Of a DNA stretch of 55,200 nucleotides, positions 46,093-55,200 are shown one piece after another (positions within the stretch are counted from its first letter, which is position 1; each line of letters starts with the position of its first letter). This DNA is from Candidatus Neomicrothrix sp. GTDB taxonomy: Bacteria > Actinomycetota > Acidimicrobiia > Acidimicrobiales > Aldehydirespiratoraceae. The notes under the pieces were generated by a model. That model was not told the DNA's origin and searched no databases. It saw only the letters and a list, made by a program, of their open reading frames with translations. The position numbers and the translations under genes are program-made. Location of the stretch: positions 1 to 55,200 of the forward strand of contig JAFMKU010000008.1 in assembly GCA_017852795.1 (NCBI GenBank), written 5' to 3'.

Positions 46093-48105
46093 TTAGAAAT
46101 CCAGGTTCCGTACTTCGCGGGCGTTGGTAACGATGAAGTTCTTGCGTTGTTCAACGTCGTCACCCATCAGGATCGACATGACCTCATCGGCAATCGCCGC
46201 CTGCTCCACTGAAACCTGCAGCAACGACCGTGAGTCCACCGACATCGTGGTGTCTCGAAGTTCGTCCCAGTCCATCTCGCCAAGGCCTTTGAGGCGCTGG
46301 AAGTCTTTGGTGTAGTTCGGCCGCTCGGCGAGGAACGCATCCTTGGCGGTGTCGTCTTTGAGATACACCGTCTCTCGCGTTGAAACTTTGGTGCTGTACA
46401 GCGGTGGCTGGGCGATGTAGACGAAACCGGCTTCTACCAGCGGTCGCATCTGACGGAAGAAGAACGTCAGCAGCAGCGTACGAATGTGGCTTCCGTCAAC
46501 ATCGGCGTCGGCCAGCAGGATGACCTTGTGGTAGCGGGCTTGGGACGCATCGAATTCTTCGCCAAACCCGGCCCCGATGGCAGAGATCAACGTTTGGACC
46601 TCGTTGTTCTTCAGCATCTTGTCGATGCGGGCTCGTTCAACGTTGAGGATCTTGCCGCGGATGGGAAGGATCGCCTGCGTTTCAGGGTTGCGGGCTCGAA
46701 CCGCGGAACCACCGGCTGAGTCGCCTTCGACGATGAAAAGTTCTCGTCGAGCTGGATCTTTAGCCGAGCAGTCTTTGAGTTTGTCGGGCATGCCAGCCCC
46801 ATCAAGCAAAGACTTTGACCGGATGGCTTTGCGTGCATCGGACGCAGCAACTCGGGCCCGAGCCGCGTTGGTGGCCTTGGTAACGATCGCTTTTCCTTCG
46901 GCCGGGTGTTCTTCGAGCCAGCTCGCCATCTTTTCGTTGGTGACCTTCTCAACCAACGACCGCATGGAAACGTTGCCGAGTTTCGATTTGGTCTGGCCTT
47001 CGAACTGCGGTTCCCCGATCCGCGCCGAAATGATTGCCGTCAAACCCTCGCGGATGTCTTCACCTTGGAGGTTGTCCTCTTTTTCTTTGAGGAGCCCTTT
47101 GTCTCGCGCGTAGGCGTTCACGGTACGGGTCACCGCGGTACGAAAGCCTTGTTCGTGCATGCCGCCTTCGAGGGTGGCAATGCCGTTAGCGAAGCTGTGA
47201 AGTCCGTCGCTGTTGAAGCCGGTGTTCCACTGGAAAGCAATCTCGACCTCGTGAGGGTTGTCATCGATGGCTTCTTCACCGCTGAAGTACCCCACGGTGG
47301 CGAACAGCGCTTCTTTTGAGCTGTTGACGTGGCTCACAAAATCGATGATTCCGCCTTCGTAACAGAACGTCGTCCAGCCTTCTGCTTCGTCGGTTTCGCC
47401 AGGTTCATCAGTTGGTGCGGTTGGTGCACGGAGGTCACGAACCCGGATCTCCAGGCCCCGATTTAGGAACGCCATCATCTGAAAACGTTCAAGCAGGGTC
47501 TGGAACCGGAACTCAACTTCGTCAAAGATCGTTGGATCGGGCCAGAATCGGACGGTGGTGCCGGTACGCGGCTCAGTGGTTCCGTTGTTTGGCGTGTCAC
47601 CGATGACCGCCAGGCGTTCTTGAAGTTCGCCACCGTTACCGAACGCCATAGCGTGCCGTTTGCCCTGCCGGTCGATCTCAACCTCAACCCGACGCGACAA
47701 CGCGTTCACCACTGAAATACCAACACCGTGAAGGCCACCAGAGACCTTGTACCCGTCACCGCCAAACTTGCCGCCGGCGTGAAGCACGGTCAGCACCACT
47801 TCGGCGGCCGTGAGATCCTCGTATTTAGGGTGCTTGTCAACCGGAATGCCACGACCGTCATCGGAAACTTCGCATCCACCGTCGGCGAGAAGCGTGATGT
47901 CGATTCGTTTGCAGTGTCCCGCCATCGCTTCGTCCACCGAGTTGTCGACCACCTCCCACACCAGATGATGCAGGCCGGTCGGACCGGTGGAACCGATGTA
48001 CATGCCGGGTCGTTTGCGGACCGCTTCGAGCCCTTCAAGAACCGTGATGTCTTGAGCGCCGTAGGAGTTGGAATCAGACGAAGTCAACGGGTGCTCCTCA
48101 GGCAA
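46093..48105 (-). CDS. gyrB: DNA gyrase subunit B
   Basis: VRKRPGMYIG, EVVDNS, GGLHGVG, EGDSAGG, DADVDG, KGLGEM. Confidence 0.98.
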   Translation of the reverse strand: MPEEHPLTSSDSNSYGAQDITVLEGLEAVRKRPGMYIGSTGPTGLHHLVWEVVDNSVDEAMAGHCKRIDITLLADGGCEVSDDGRGIPVDKHPKYEDLTAAEVVLTVLHAGGKFGGDGYKVSGGLHGVGISVVNALSRRVEVEIDRQGKRHAMAFGNGGELQERLAVIGDTPNNGTTEPRTGTTVRFWPDPTIFDEVEFRFQTLLERFQMMAFLNRGLEIRVRDLRAPTAPTDEPGETDEAEGWTTFCYEGGIIDFVSHVNSSKEALFATVGYFSGEEAIDDNPHEVEIAFQWNTGFNSDGLHSFANGIATLEGGMHEQGFRTAVTRTVNAYARDKGLLKEKEDNLQGEDIREGLTAIISARIGEPQFEGQTKSKLGNVSMRSLVEKVTNEKMASWLEEHPAEGKAIVTKATNAARARVAASDARKAIRSKSLLDGAGMPDKLKDCSAKDPARRELFIVEGDSAGGSAVRARNPETQAILPIRGKILNVERARIDKMLKNNEVQTLISAIGAGFGEEFDASQARYHKVILLADADVDGSHIRTLLLTFFFRQMRPLVEAGFVYIAQPPLYSTKVSTRETVYLKDDTAKDAFLAERPNYTKDFQRLKGLGEMDWDELRDTTMSVDSRSLLQVSVEQAAIADEVMSILMGDDVEQRKNFIVTNAREVRNLDF

Positions 48106-48298
48106 TTCTCAAGGACGGGAAGACCTGACCGTTCAGTGCTTCCATGGAGTTTCGAGATGTACCGAGGCTCACCGTCAAAAGACGGACATTTTCCCAAAAA
48201 ATCAGGGGTTTTTCAGACCAGAAACGTGTCATTGCACGCAGTTGAAAGAAGCCATTCACGGTGCAATCACACTAGCAGTTTGGTGTGACTCAGGCGTG

Positions 48299-48613
48299 TC
48301 AGACGACCCGTATTCGAAGCCGCTGAATCCGATCCGATCCCGTCACCTGAGCGAGCCGTTCAATCAGCTCTTTTTCTAGCCAACGAAACTCGGTAGCCCA
48401 GGCTGGATCGGTAACTGAAATGGTCAACTCATCACCATCAACCGACCCTGGCGATGACCGTTCGGCGAGGTCTGGACCGACGATGGTTTCCCATTCACCA
48501 AACACGCTCGACAACATGTCAACGGTTGGCGCGTTTAAGCCGCCGAGCAACCGTTCGAGACTGTTGGCGATCGACTGAGGGTCGGTTTGTTCTGGCTTTC
48601 GACGATCAACCAT
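48299..48613 (-). CDS. dciA: DciA/DUF721 helicase-loading protein
   Basis: WETIVG...P...L.I......WATE pattern; lies between recF and gyrB. Confidence 0.85.
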   Translation of the reverse strand: MVDRRKPEQTDPQSIANSLERLLGGLNAPTVDMLSSVFGEWETIVGPDLAERSSPGSVDGDELTISVTDPAWATEFRWLEKELIERLAQVTGSDRIQRLRIRVV

Positions 48614-49718
48614 CGCCGCGCTCCCCTGCTGTTTGTTGGCTGGTCGCCGAGATTTGTCCGTTAGCGACGGTGAGTACTCGTGCCGGTTCTGTACCGGGTG
48701 GCAAACCGGCAGCGGTAGTCAAAAACCGTTGGGTGTTAGGTAACGCATCCACCAACGCGGCAGCCCGCCCCGGGTCCAGTTCCGAAAACACATCATCAAG
48801 CAGCAGCACCGGACTAATCAGGCCAGTTTCTCGAACCACCGAGTCGACCGCTAACCGCAGCGCGAGCGCCAACGACCGTTGCTCTCCTTGACTGGCGTGC
48901 GTGCGGGCTGGGTTTTCCGAAATGGTCAGAAACACTTCGTCTCGATGGGGCCCAACGGTGGTTAGTCCGCGGCGAAGATCCAACCCCCGAGAATCGTGCA
49001 GCGCATCAGCCAATGAGCCCGACCAGGAACACTGGTACTGCGCTACCGCGTTGTCACGTTGTTGAGAAACTTCCTGGTACGCCCGAGAAAGATGGGGCTG
49101 GAGTTGCTCCAGCAACGTCAATCGGGCATCTCGAAGGGTTTCGCCGGCATCGACCAATTTCGTGTCCCAGACCTCCAAGGTAAGTTCCGCGTCGGCGTCG
49201 AGGCGCCCGTGAACACCCCGTAACAAGGCGTTTCGTTGTTTCAATATCCGGTCAACCTCGGTGCGTAAGGCAGTCAATCGGGGGTTGTGGCTGACCAATG
49301 CTTGATCGAGCCAAGCTCGCCGCTCACCGGGGCCACCTTTGACGAGCGTCAGGTCATCAGGCGAAAACACCGAAACTTGAAACACGGTTAGCAGGTCGCT
49401 CAACCGTGAAACTCGCTGCCGGTTGACTTGGACCCGGTTCCGTCCAACCCGTGGAATCTCTGCTTCGACGAGTTGCTCACGTCCGTCGTCGGTTTGGATC
49501 ACCGCTCGCAGAACCGCTGACTCTGCACCGGAACGGACCAGCGCATCATCGGTCACACCCCGAAACGAACCGATCCCACTCAACCAGGCAATGGCCTCAA
49601 TCAGGTTGGTTTTACCCTCACCGTTTTCTCCCAGGATCGCCGTGAGCCCATCATCAAAAGAAAGCTCCACCGACTCATACGAACGCCAATCCGTAAGCGA
49701 AAGGGTCCGTAAGCGCAC
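48606..49718 (-). CDS. recF: DNA replication/repair protein RecF
   Basis: GENGEGKTN Walker A, GPHRD, SQGEQR, LLLDDVFSELD. Confidence 0.97.
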   Translation of the reverse strand: MRLRTLSLTDWRSYESVELSFDDGLTAILGENGEGKTNLIEAIAWLSGIGSFRGVTDDALVRSGAESAVLRAVIQTDDGREQLVEAEIPRVGRNRVQVNRQRVSRLSDLLTVFQVSVFSPDDLTLVKGGPGERRAWLDQALVSHNPRLTALRTEVDRILKQRNALLRGVHGRLDADAELTLEVWDTKLVDAGETLRDARLTLLEQLQPHLSRAYQEVSQQRDNAVAQYQCSWSGSLADALHDSRGLDLRRGLTTVGPHRDEVFLTISENPARTHASQGEQRSLALALRLAVDSVVRETGLISPVLLLDDVFSELDPGRAAALVDALPNTQRFLTTAAGLPPGTEPARVLTVANGQISATSQQTAGERGDG

Positions 49719-49725
49719 CGTAGAG

Positions 49726-50826
49726 CTAGCTCACACGAACTGGCATCAGCAGGTAGAGGAACTTTGGATCGTCCTCTGACTTCAGCAGCGCCGGTTTGAG
49801 TTCGTCGACCGTCTCCAAGGTCACCTCGTCGCCGGGTGCAACCTCGATACCGTCAATGAGGTACTCCGGGTTGAACGCCACGGTCAGGTCGTCACCGGTG
49901 TAGTTGGCGTCTACGGCTTCGTGGGCTTGGCCGACGTCTTGAGTAACCGCGACCAGCTCCAGTCCCCCGCTGGACATCACCAAACGGATCGGTGTTGATT
50001 CTTGGGCCATGAGGCGAACTCGACGGACGGCGTCAAGCAGAGCTTCTCGGTTGACTGTCAACCGGTTTGGGTGGTTGCTGGGGATCAGGCCGCGATAGTT
50101 CGGGAACTCGCCTTCAATCAGCCGGGTGGTTACCCGCACCGAACCAACCTGGAAGCTGGCGTCGCGGTCGGCAAGTTGCAACGAAATGCTGTCGTTGTCG
50201 CCAATGACTCGGGATAGCTCCTTGAGGGCCCGGCTCGGCACCAGAACCTTCTGGCCGGATTTCAGGATTTCTGAACCGGAGAGATCGCGAACCGACAAAC
50301 GGTATGAGTCCGTGGACACCAAGCGGAGACCTTCTTCCTCGGCGGCCATCAACACCCCGGTCAGAATCGGTCGAGAGTCATCACTGGAAGCGGCTTTGCC
50401 CACCTGATCGATGGCGGCACGAAACTCATTAGCGTCCAAGGTGACCGGTTCGCCGCTGGCGCCTGACAGTTCAGGAAACTCATCGGCGGGGATCACCCGA
50501 AGCGAGAACTCCGAGGGTTGCGACACAATGTTGGCGTCTTCGCCCTCAACGGTGATGTCAACCGAACCGGGGCGCAACGAGCGAACCACATCGGAGATGA
50601 GTTTGGCGGGAAGCACCGCGACGCCGTCATCAGAACCGGCCACCTCGAGACCAACCGAAATGGTGAGATCCAAATCGCTACCGGTGATCGTCAGTTGGTT
50701 CCCGGCCAGTTCGAGGCGCACCCCAGACAACACCGGGAGCGCTCCACCCCGTGTGGTCACGGCGCGGCCTGCTGCATTGAGGGCCTCAAGGAGGGCGTCT
50801 CGTTCAGATCGAAACTTGATGCTCAT
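49726..50826 (-). CDS. dnaN: DNA polymerase III beta sliding clamp
   Basis: RPILTGV, STDSYRL, FPNY, AFNPEYL, YLLMPVR. Confidence 0.98.
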   Translation of the reverse strand: MSIKFRSERDALLEALNAAGRAVTTRGGALPVLSGVRLELAGNQLTITGSDLDLTISVGLEVAGSDDGVAVLPAKLISDVVRSLRPGSVDITVEGEDANIVSQPSEFSLRVIPADEFPELSGASGEPVTLDANEFRAAIDQVGKAASSDDSRPILTGVLMAAEEEGLRLVSTDSYRLSVRDLSGSEILKSGQKVLVPSRALKELSRVIGDNDSISLQLADRDASFQVGSVRVTTRLIEGEFPNYRGLIPSNHPNRLTVNREALLDAVRRVRLMAQESTPIRLVMSSGGLELVAVTQDVGQAHEAVDANYTGDDLTVAFNPEYLIDGIEVAPGDEVTLETVDELKPALLKSEDDPKFLYLLMPVRVS

Positions 50827-51091
50827 GGTGTTATTGCTGCTCCATGTTGGATTGATAACGATAGTAGAAGTTCATAGGTCCTGTGGATTGGGGACGAACA
50901 TCTCTTTCGCTTGAAATCTTGGGCTTTTTCTGTCCCCAACCCATCCACCTTGTGCACCGTTGTCGGGTTGAGAAACGGGTTGTCGTGGACAGTAACGAGG
51001 TTGTGCTTGGGGTATTCACCACTGGCAAACACCATGTCCCCAACGTTACCCACAAGGGGTTTGAGGGTGTGGTGTTGGCCGGCAGCCATTC
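50827..51091. other. oriC core (dnaA-dnaN intergenic region) with DnaA boxes and DnaA-trios
   Basis: Box-like 9-mers TGTGGATTG 50882, TGGGGACGA 50889, CTGTCCCCA 50930, CGTGGACAG 50984, ATGTCCCCA 51034 and TTACCCACA 51046. A trio-like tract lies at 50850-50877 next to the terminal box. Confidence 0.85.
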
Positions 51092-52483
51092 TTAACGGGT
51101 CAACCGTTGTTGGAGTTCTGTTACCTGGTCAAAAACTTGACGCCGTTCGCTCATGCAAGCCTCGATTTTGCGACAGGCGTGCATCACGGTGGTGTGGTCC
51201 CTGCTCCCAAACGCTTTACCGATGTCGGGGAACGAAAGGTCGGTCATGTTCCGGGTAACAAACATGGCGATCTGGCGGGCGTCGACTAGCGGCCGCCGGC
51301 GGCTTCCGCCGATTACTTGAGCAACGCTGAGATCAAAGAGTTCTGCGGTTAGCTCGATGATCCGTTCGGCGGTCACCGGTTTCTTGGCCGATTGGTCGAG
51401 GAGGTCGCTGAGCACCAGGGAGGCCAGATCTACGGTGAGTGGCTGTTGGGTGAGGTTTGCGTAGGCCGTGACTTTGATCAAGGCACCTTCGAGTTCTCGA
51501 ATGGATTCGGTGATGTTCTCGGCGATGAAGGTCAATACGCCATCGGGAATGATGATCGTCTTTGATTCGGCTTTGCGGGAAAGAATGGCGAGGCGGGTTT
51601 CAAGATCGGGGCGCTGAATGTCTGTGATCAAACCCCACTTGAACCGGCTACGTAGACGATCTTCAAGGGTCGGCATGGCATCAGGGGTGCGGTCTGAGGT
51701 CAAGACGATTTGCTTGTTGTTCTGGTGGAGCTCGTTGAAGGTATGGAAGAACTCTTCCTGAAGGCCGTCTTTACCTTCCATAAACTGGATGTCGTCAATG
51801 AGCAACACGTCAATGTCCCGGTACCGCCGTTTGAACGAAGGCAACGCGTTGGTGCGGATCGCTTCCACGAACTCGTTGAGGAACGTTTCGGTAGAGACGT
51901 ATCGGACTCGGTAGGCCGGATAGTGGTCAGCTACGTAATGTGCGATTCCTCGAAGGAGATGGGTTTTTCCCAGCCCAGAGTCGCCGTGGATGAACAACGG
52001 GTTGTAGCTGGCAGCAGGAGCTTCAGCGACCGAAAGTGCGGCGGCGTGAGCAAAACGGTTTGAGGGACCAATCACAAAGTGATCGAAGGTGAACTTTTCG
52101 TCTCGAAGAAGCGATGAGGTGGGTGATTGGCTGGTTGTTGGGGAGGTACCGGTGGTGAGCGCGACGGGCGGGACTTCGATTTCGTCGGTGAACCAATCCA
52201 GGTCGTCGTCGGTGTCCAAACTCCAGTCGGTGTCGATCTCTACCCGTACCGATACTTCATTGGCAGTGGTTTCTTCGAGGGCGTGACGAACGAGTCCAAG
52301 AAAACGGCCCTCGATTCGTTCCTTTTGCAGTCCGTTAGGAACAAGGAGCACCAACTCCCCTTCATCAAACCCAACCGCTTGTGCCCCGCTGAAGGTGGTC
52401 CGCCAGACTGCGTCACTTACTTGAGCACGAATGCTTGCTGCACAGTTTGTCCATACACCTTCTGCGTCCTCTGATTCCCCCAC
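51092..52483 (-). CDS. dnaA: Chromosomal replication initiator DnaA
   Basis: YNPLFIHGDSGLGKTHL, LLIDDIQF, RLRSRF, RELEGAL, RDHTTVMHA. Confidence 0.99.
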   Translation of the reverse strand: MGESEDAEGVWTNCAASIRAQVSDAVWRTTFSGAQAVGFDEGELVLLVPNGLQKERIEGRFLGLVRHALEETTANEVSVRVEIDTDWSLDTDDDLDWFTDEIEVPPVALTTGTSPTTSQSPTSSLLRDEKFTFDHFVIGPSNRFAHAAALSVAEAPAASYNPLFIHGDSGLGKTHLLRGIAHYVADHYPAYRVRYVSTETFLNEFVEAIRTNALPSFKRRYRDIDVLLIDDIQFMEGKDGLQEEFFHTFNELHQNNKQIVLTSDRTPDAMPTLEDRLRSRFKWGLITDIQRPDLETRLAILSRKAESKTIIIPDGVLTFIAENITESIRELEGALIKVTAYANLTQQPLTVDLASLVLSDLLDQSAKKPVTAERIIELTAELFDLSVAQVIGGSRRRPLVDARQIAMFVTRNMTDLSFPDIGKAFGSRDHTTVMHACRKIEACMSERRQVFDQVTELQQRLTR

Positions 52484-52680
52484 GGCGTCGTCCCTTCAAG
52501 CGCACCCAGATGCAATGAACCCAAATTCTGGAACATCGCACGTATCGATTTCCTACCTCAGGAGTTGAGGCCGCTACCGCGGGGTCACTCGCTGTTTAGT
52601 AGTTCCGGGAACCTACCAACTTCGGGCTATGTCGCAAGTTGACCAACCGCGGGGTGGTATTTCGCCTGCTCAGAGCCAGT

Positions 52681-52771
52681 TTTTCGCGAATGAATTACAA
52701 GAATGAAAGATGAAATGACATGAATGTAGTTTGTCCACAGGTTCGTCCCCAGATCTGTTGATGGTGGATAT
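52681..52771. promoter_or_regulatory. AT-rich tract and DnaA boxes upstream of dnaA (autoregulation or second origin segment)
   Basis: Perfect actinobacterial box TTGTCCACA at 52731-52739, TCGTCCCCA at 52743, GGTGGATAT at 52763, and an adjacent ATGAA-rich tract. Confidence 0.7.
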
Positions 52772-52921
52772 CGAGGATCGACAAGCACAACGCGAGTGAC
52801 GATCGTGTTGCCGCGCGGCTTTCAGCGACCTAGTTTGGTCCCTTGATGTATCGGGTTTTCACCGCTGGTGAAAGCCGTTGTTTGACAGGTCCATTCTTCT
52901 ACCTGTCGTAAGGGAGAGCTC

Positions 52922-53056
52922 ATGAAGCGCACGTTCCAACCCAATGTCCGAAAACGAGCCAAGAAGCACGGCTTTCGTTCGCGTATGTCCACCCGCGGCG
53001 GACGAGCAGTTCTTCGTGCTCGCCGGCTAAAGGGTCGAGCTCGCCTTTCGGCATGA
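52922..53056 (+). CDS. rpmH: 50S ribosomal protein L34
   Basis: Below the ORF-track cutoff. Translates to [44 protein letters not shown]. Confidence 0.98.
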   Translation: MKRTFQPNVRKRAKKHGFRSRMSTRGGRAVLRARRLKGRARLSA

Positions 53057-53412
53057 TCGGTCGGCTTTCGGGCCGTCAATCGTTTCTGAGGCTTCAGGCC
53101 GAGGGACGAAAAGATGGTCGGGGTCCTATTCGACTAGTTTCGCGGACCGACAACACCACAATCCCACGCGTAGCGTTCGCAGTACCACGCAGCGTGGGAA
53201 ACGCGGTGGTTCGGAACCGTACCAAGCGTCGAATCCGAGCGGTAATCCATGAACTGGACACCCGTTCCGGAGTGCCTGGGGGCGATTATCTCGTCCGGGT
53301 CACCGGCCCAATTGAGCACTGGTCACATCACCAACTTCAGAGCACCATGGCTCACCTTCTGATTACTCCTACAGACAAGCCTGCGTCGTTACCGGTTGGA
53401 GCTTCGACGTGA
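53053..53412 (+). CDS. rnpA: Ribonuclease P protein component
   Basis: [23 protein letters not shown] (RNR motif) and synteny. Confidence 0.95.
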   Translation: MIGRLSGRQSFLRLQAEGRKDGRGPIRLVSRTDNTTIPRVAFAVPRSVGNAVVRNRTKRRIRAVIHELDTRSGVPGGDYLVRVTGPIEHWSHHQLQSTMAHLLITPTDKPASLPVGAST

Positions 53413-53651
53413 ACGTGGGCGCCCGGGTTCTGGACCGATTGGTGGCTGGCTACCAGTACGTCTTTGCTGGCCGGGTTTCTCCGTGCCGCCACGTGCCGTC
53501 GTGTTCAACCTATGCCCGTGAAGCACTTGAGATGCACGGCGGATGGCGGGGAACCCGGCTGGCTGTCACCCGCATTGTTCGCTGTAACCCGTGGGGAACC
53601 CACGGCTATGACCCCGTCCCATCCCGTCAGGAAACCTCATGTTTGAGCTAA
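53409..53651 (+). CDS. yidD: Membrane protein insertion efficiency factor YidD
   Basis: [22 protein letters not shown]. Confidence 0.95.
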   Translation: MNVGARVLDRLVAGYQYVFAGRVSPCRHVPSCSTYAREALEMHGGWRGTRLAVTRIVRCNPWGTHGYDPVPSRQETSCLS

Positions 53652-54775
53652 TTGCGTCCATTTTGGCTTGGTTCTACGATCTCTACCCGTCCTATGGCGT
53701 GGCCGTGGTGGCGTTGACCATGGTGGTCATGATCGTCGTAACTCCCCTCACGCTCAAGAGCACGCGGTCGATGTTGCAGATGCAGCGTCTTCAACCCGAA
53801 CTGAAAGCCATTCAGAACAAACATCGCGATGATCGGCAGAAACTCAACGAAGAGTTGATGGCGTTCTACAAAGCCAACGGCATCAACCCTCTGGGCGGCT
53901 GTTTGCCGATGTTGGTCCAACTTCCGGTCTTTCTTGTGTTGTTCCGAGTGGTCCAAGGAGTGACTCAGCGGGTAACCGACATCGGTATTCAGGCCGGTTG
54001 GACCGCGGGACGGGGCGGCAGTCGCCTCAACGATGTCGCAGGAATCTCCAATCACGAACTCCCCTTTGATCCCAGCAATCTGCCGCAAACCACACAGATG
54101 TACAAGGATCTAACCGGGGTCGGCGAAGACGTACTGAACCGGCCCACCGAGATGTTCTCGTTCGGCATGGACTTGTCACGGTCAGCGCTTGACGTGGCGA
54201 GCGAAAGCATTGTCAAGGGTCTCCCCTACATCATGCTGATTGTCGTGGTGCTGGTGTCAAGCTTGTACCAGCAAAAGCAGATCCGCGGCCGCAACACCGG
54301 AGCAGTCGTCAACCCGCAGCAAGAGATGATCATGAAGATTCTGCCCTTCATGCTTCCCGTATTTTCGCTCACCATGCCGGCCGCGCTGGTGGTGTACTTC
54401 GTGATCAGCAACCTGTATCGGATCGGGCAACAGGCGTACATCACCAAATCGTTGTACCGGGGCGAGGAAAGCCTGGGGGCGCAAGTGGCCCGCACCCGTG
54501 ATGCAAACCGATCAGATGGCGCGAACGAATCCGCAGGGAAACGAGCGGGTTCCGGTGGTCGAACCACCGAAAAGAAGGACCAGTCAGGCAACAAGCGTTC
54601 TAACGACACCTCATCAAAGAAGACTGGCTCAAAGAAGACCGAACAATCATCCAAGAAGAGCAGTTCAAAGCAAACAGGTGCCGGCCGTACCGGCAACGCA
54701 CCTTCTCGTCACCATTCAAGTGGAGGACGAACGACTGAACCTGGCTCGCCGCAGCACAAGAAGCCGAAGCGCTAA
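53639..54775 (+). CDS. yidC: Membrane protein insertase YidC
   Basis: [37 protein letters not shown]. Confidence 0.95.
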   Translation: MFELIASILAWFYDLYPSYGVAVVALTMVVMIVVTPLTLKSTRSMLQMQRLQPELKAIQNKHRDDRQKLNEELMAFYKANGINPLGGCLPMLVQLPVFLVLFRVVQGVTQRVTDIGIQAGWTAGRGGSRLNDVAGISNHELPFDPSNLPQTTQMYKDLTGVGEDVLNRPTEMFSFGMDLSRSALDVASESIVKGLPYIMLIVVVLVSSLYQQKQIRGRNTGAVVNPQQEMIMKILPFMLPVFSLTMPAALVVYFVISNLYRIGQQAYITKSLYRGEESLGAQVARTRDANRSDGANESAGKRAGSGGRTTEKKDQSGNKRSNDTSSKKTGSKKTEQSSKKSSSKQTGAGRTGNAPSRHHSSGGRTTEPGSPQHKKPKR

Positions 54776-54807
54776 CGCTGCGTTTACCCACAGAAAGGGG
54801 TCTACAC

Positions 54808-55200
54808 ATGGAATGGGTAGAAACCACAGGAAAGACAGTGCATGAAGCCCGTGAAGCCGCACTCGACATGCTCGGTGTTCACGAGGACGACGCAGAATTT
54901 GAAGTGATTACCGAGGCCAAAACCGGCCTATTGGGAAGATTGAAAGAAGAAGCTCGAGTTCGGGCTCGGGTTCAACCCGCAGCCCCGCGGGTGAAAAACG
55001 ATCGAAATCGTCGCCGGAAGGGCAGTAAGTCACGGCAAGGCGGTTCATCGGGTGATGACAACGGCAACCGGGACAATTCCCGGAAGTCAGGGTCGTCGAA
55101 GAACCGGTCACGATCAGGGAACAACAAGGAAAGCGCCGAGCAGACACGCGCTGCTCAACCAGAGAAGGCCAACCAGGGCCGGTCCAAGCAAACAGGAAGT
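54808..55200 (+). CDS. jag: Jag/KhpB (EloR) RNA-binding protein, 5' part (runs off the window)
   Basis: MEWVETTGKTVHEAREAALDMLGVHEDDAEFEVI...GLLG...ARVRA is the Jag_N domain; synteny after yidC. Confidence 0.9.
   Translation, partial: MEWVETTGKTVHEAREAALDMLGVHEDDAEFEVITEAKTGLLGRLKEEARVRARVQPAAPRVKNDRNRRRKGSKSRQGGSSGDDNGNRDNSRKSGSSKNRSRSGNNKESAEQTRAAQPEKANQGRSKQTGS

Noticed and set aside
52856-52907. Two short inverted repeats upstream of rpmH as a regulatory RNA
   Set aside because: The stems are only about 7 bp and overlap a likely promoter (TTGACA at 52882). There is not enough evidence for a structured RNA.

Overview
GC-rich bacterial chromosomal window. It is inferred to be actinobacterial, most likely Acidimicrobiia-like, from the DUF3566/tRNA-Ile arrangement after gyrA, the TTGTCCACA DnaA box and many leaderless-type starts. 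The right end holds the replication-origin region: jag-yidC-yidD-rnpA-rpmH <> dnaA-oriC-dnaN-recF-dciA-gyrB-gyrA. The left about 41 kb holds metabolic and envelope genes and tRNA-Arg(ACG), tRNA-Ser(GCT) and tRNA-Ile(GAT). Two things stand out. (1) A glutathione-peroxidase-family gene (32274-32750, -) that the ORF track truncates, because its catalytic codon is an in-frame TGA followed by a SECIS-like hairpin with the same GCAGGUCUGC apex as E. coli fdhF; it is a probable selenoprotein. (2) A MarR-headed kynurenine operon (HAO, KynU, KMO, TDO) with no kynB or ACMSD, extended instead by an aldehyde dehydrogenase, a non-canonical DapA-family lyase and a NadX-like aspartate dehydrogenase; this may be an undescribed route for the ring-cleavage product ACMS. 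Also present are a GlnRS, a broken FN3/SLH surface-protein gene, two GT-C-like membrane proteins with a GT2, and a clear DnaA-trio element at oriC. No CRISPR array, integrase or transposase was seen. All assignments come from motif recognition by eye; no database searches were run.
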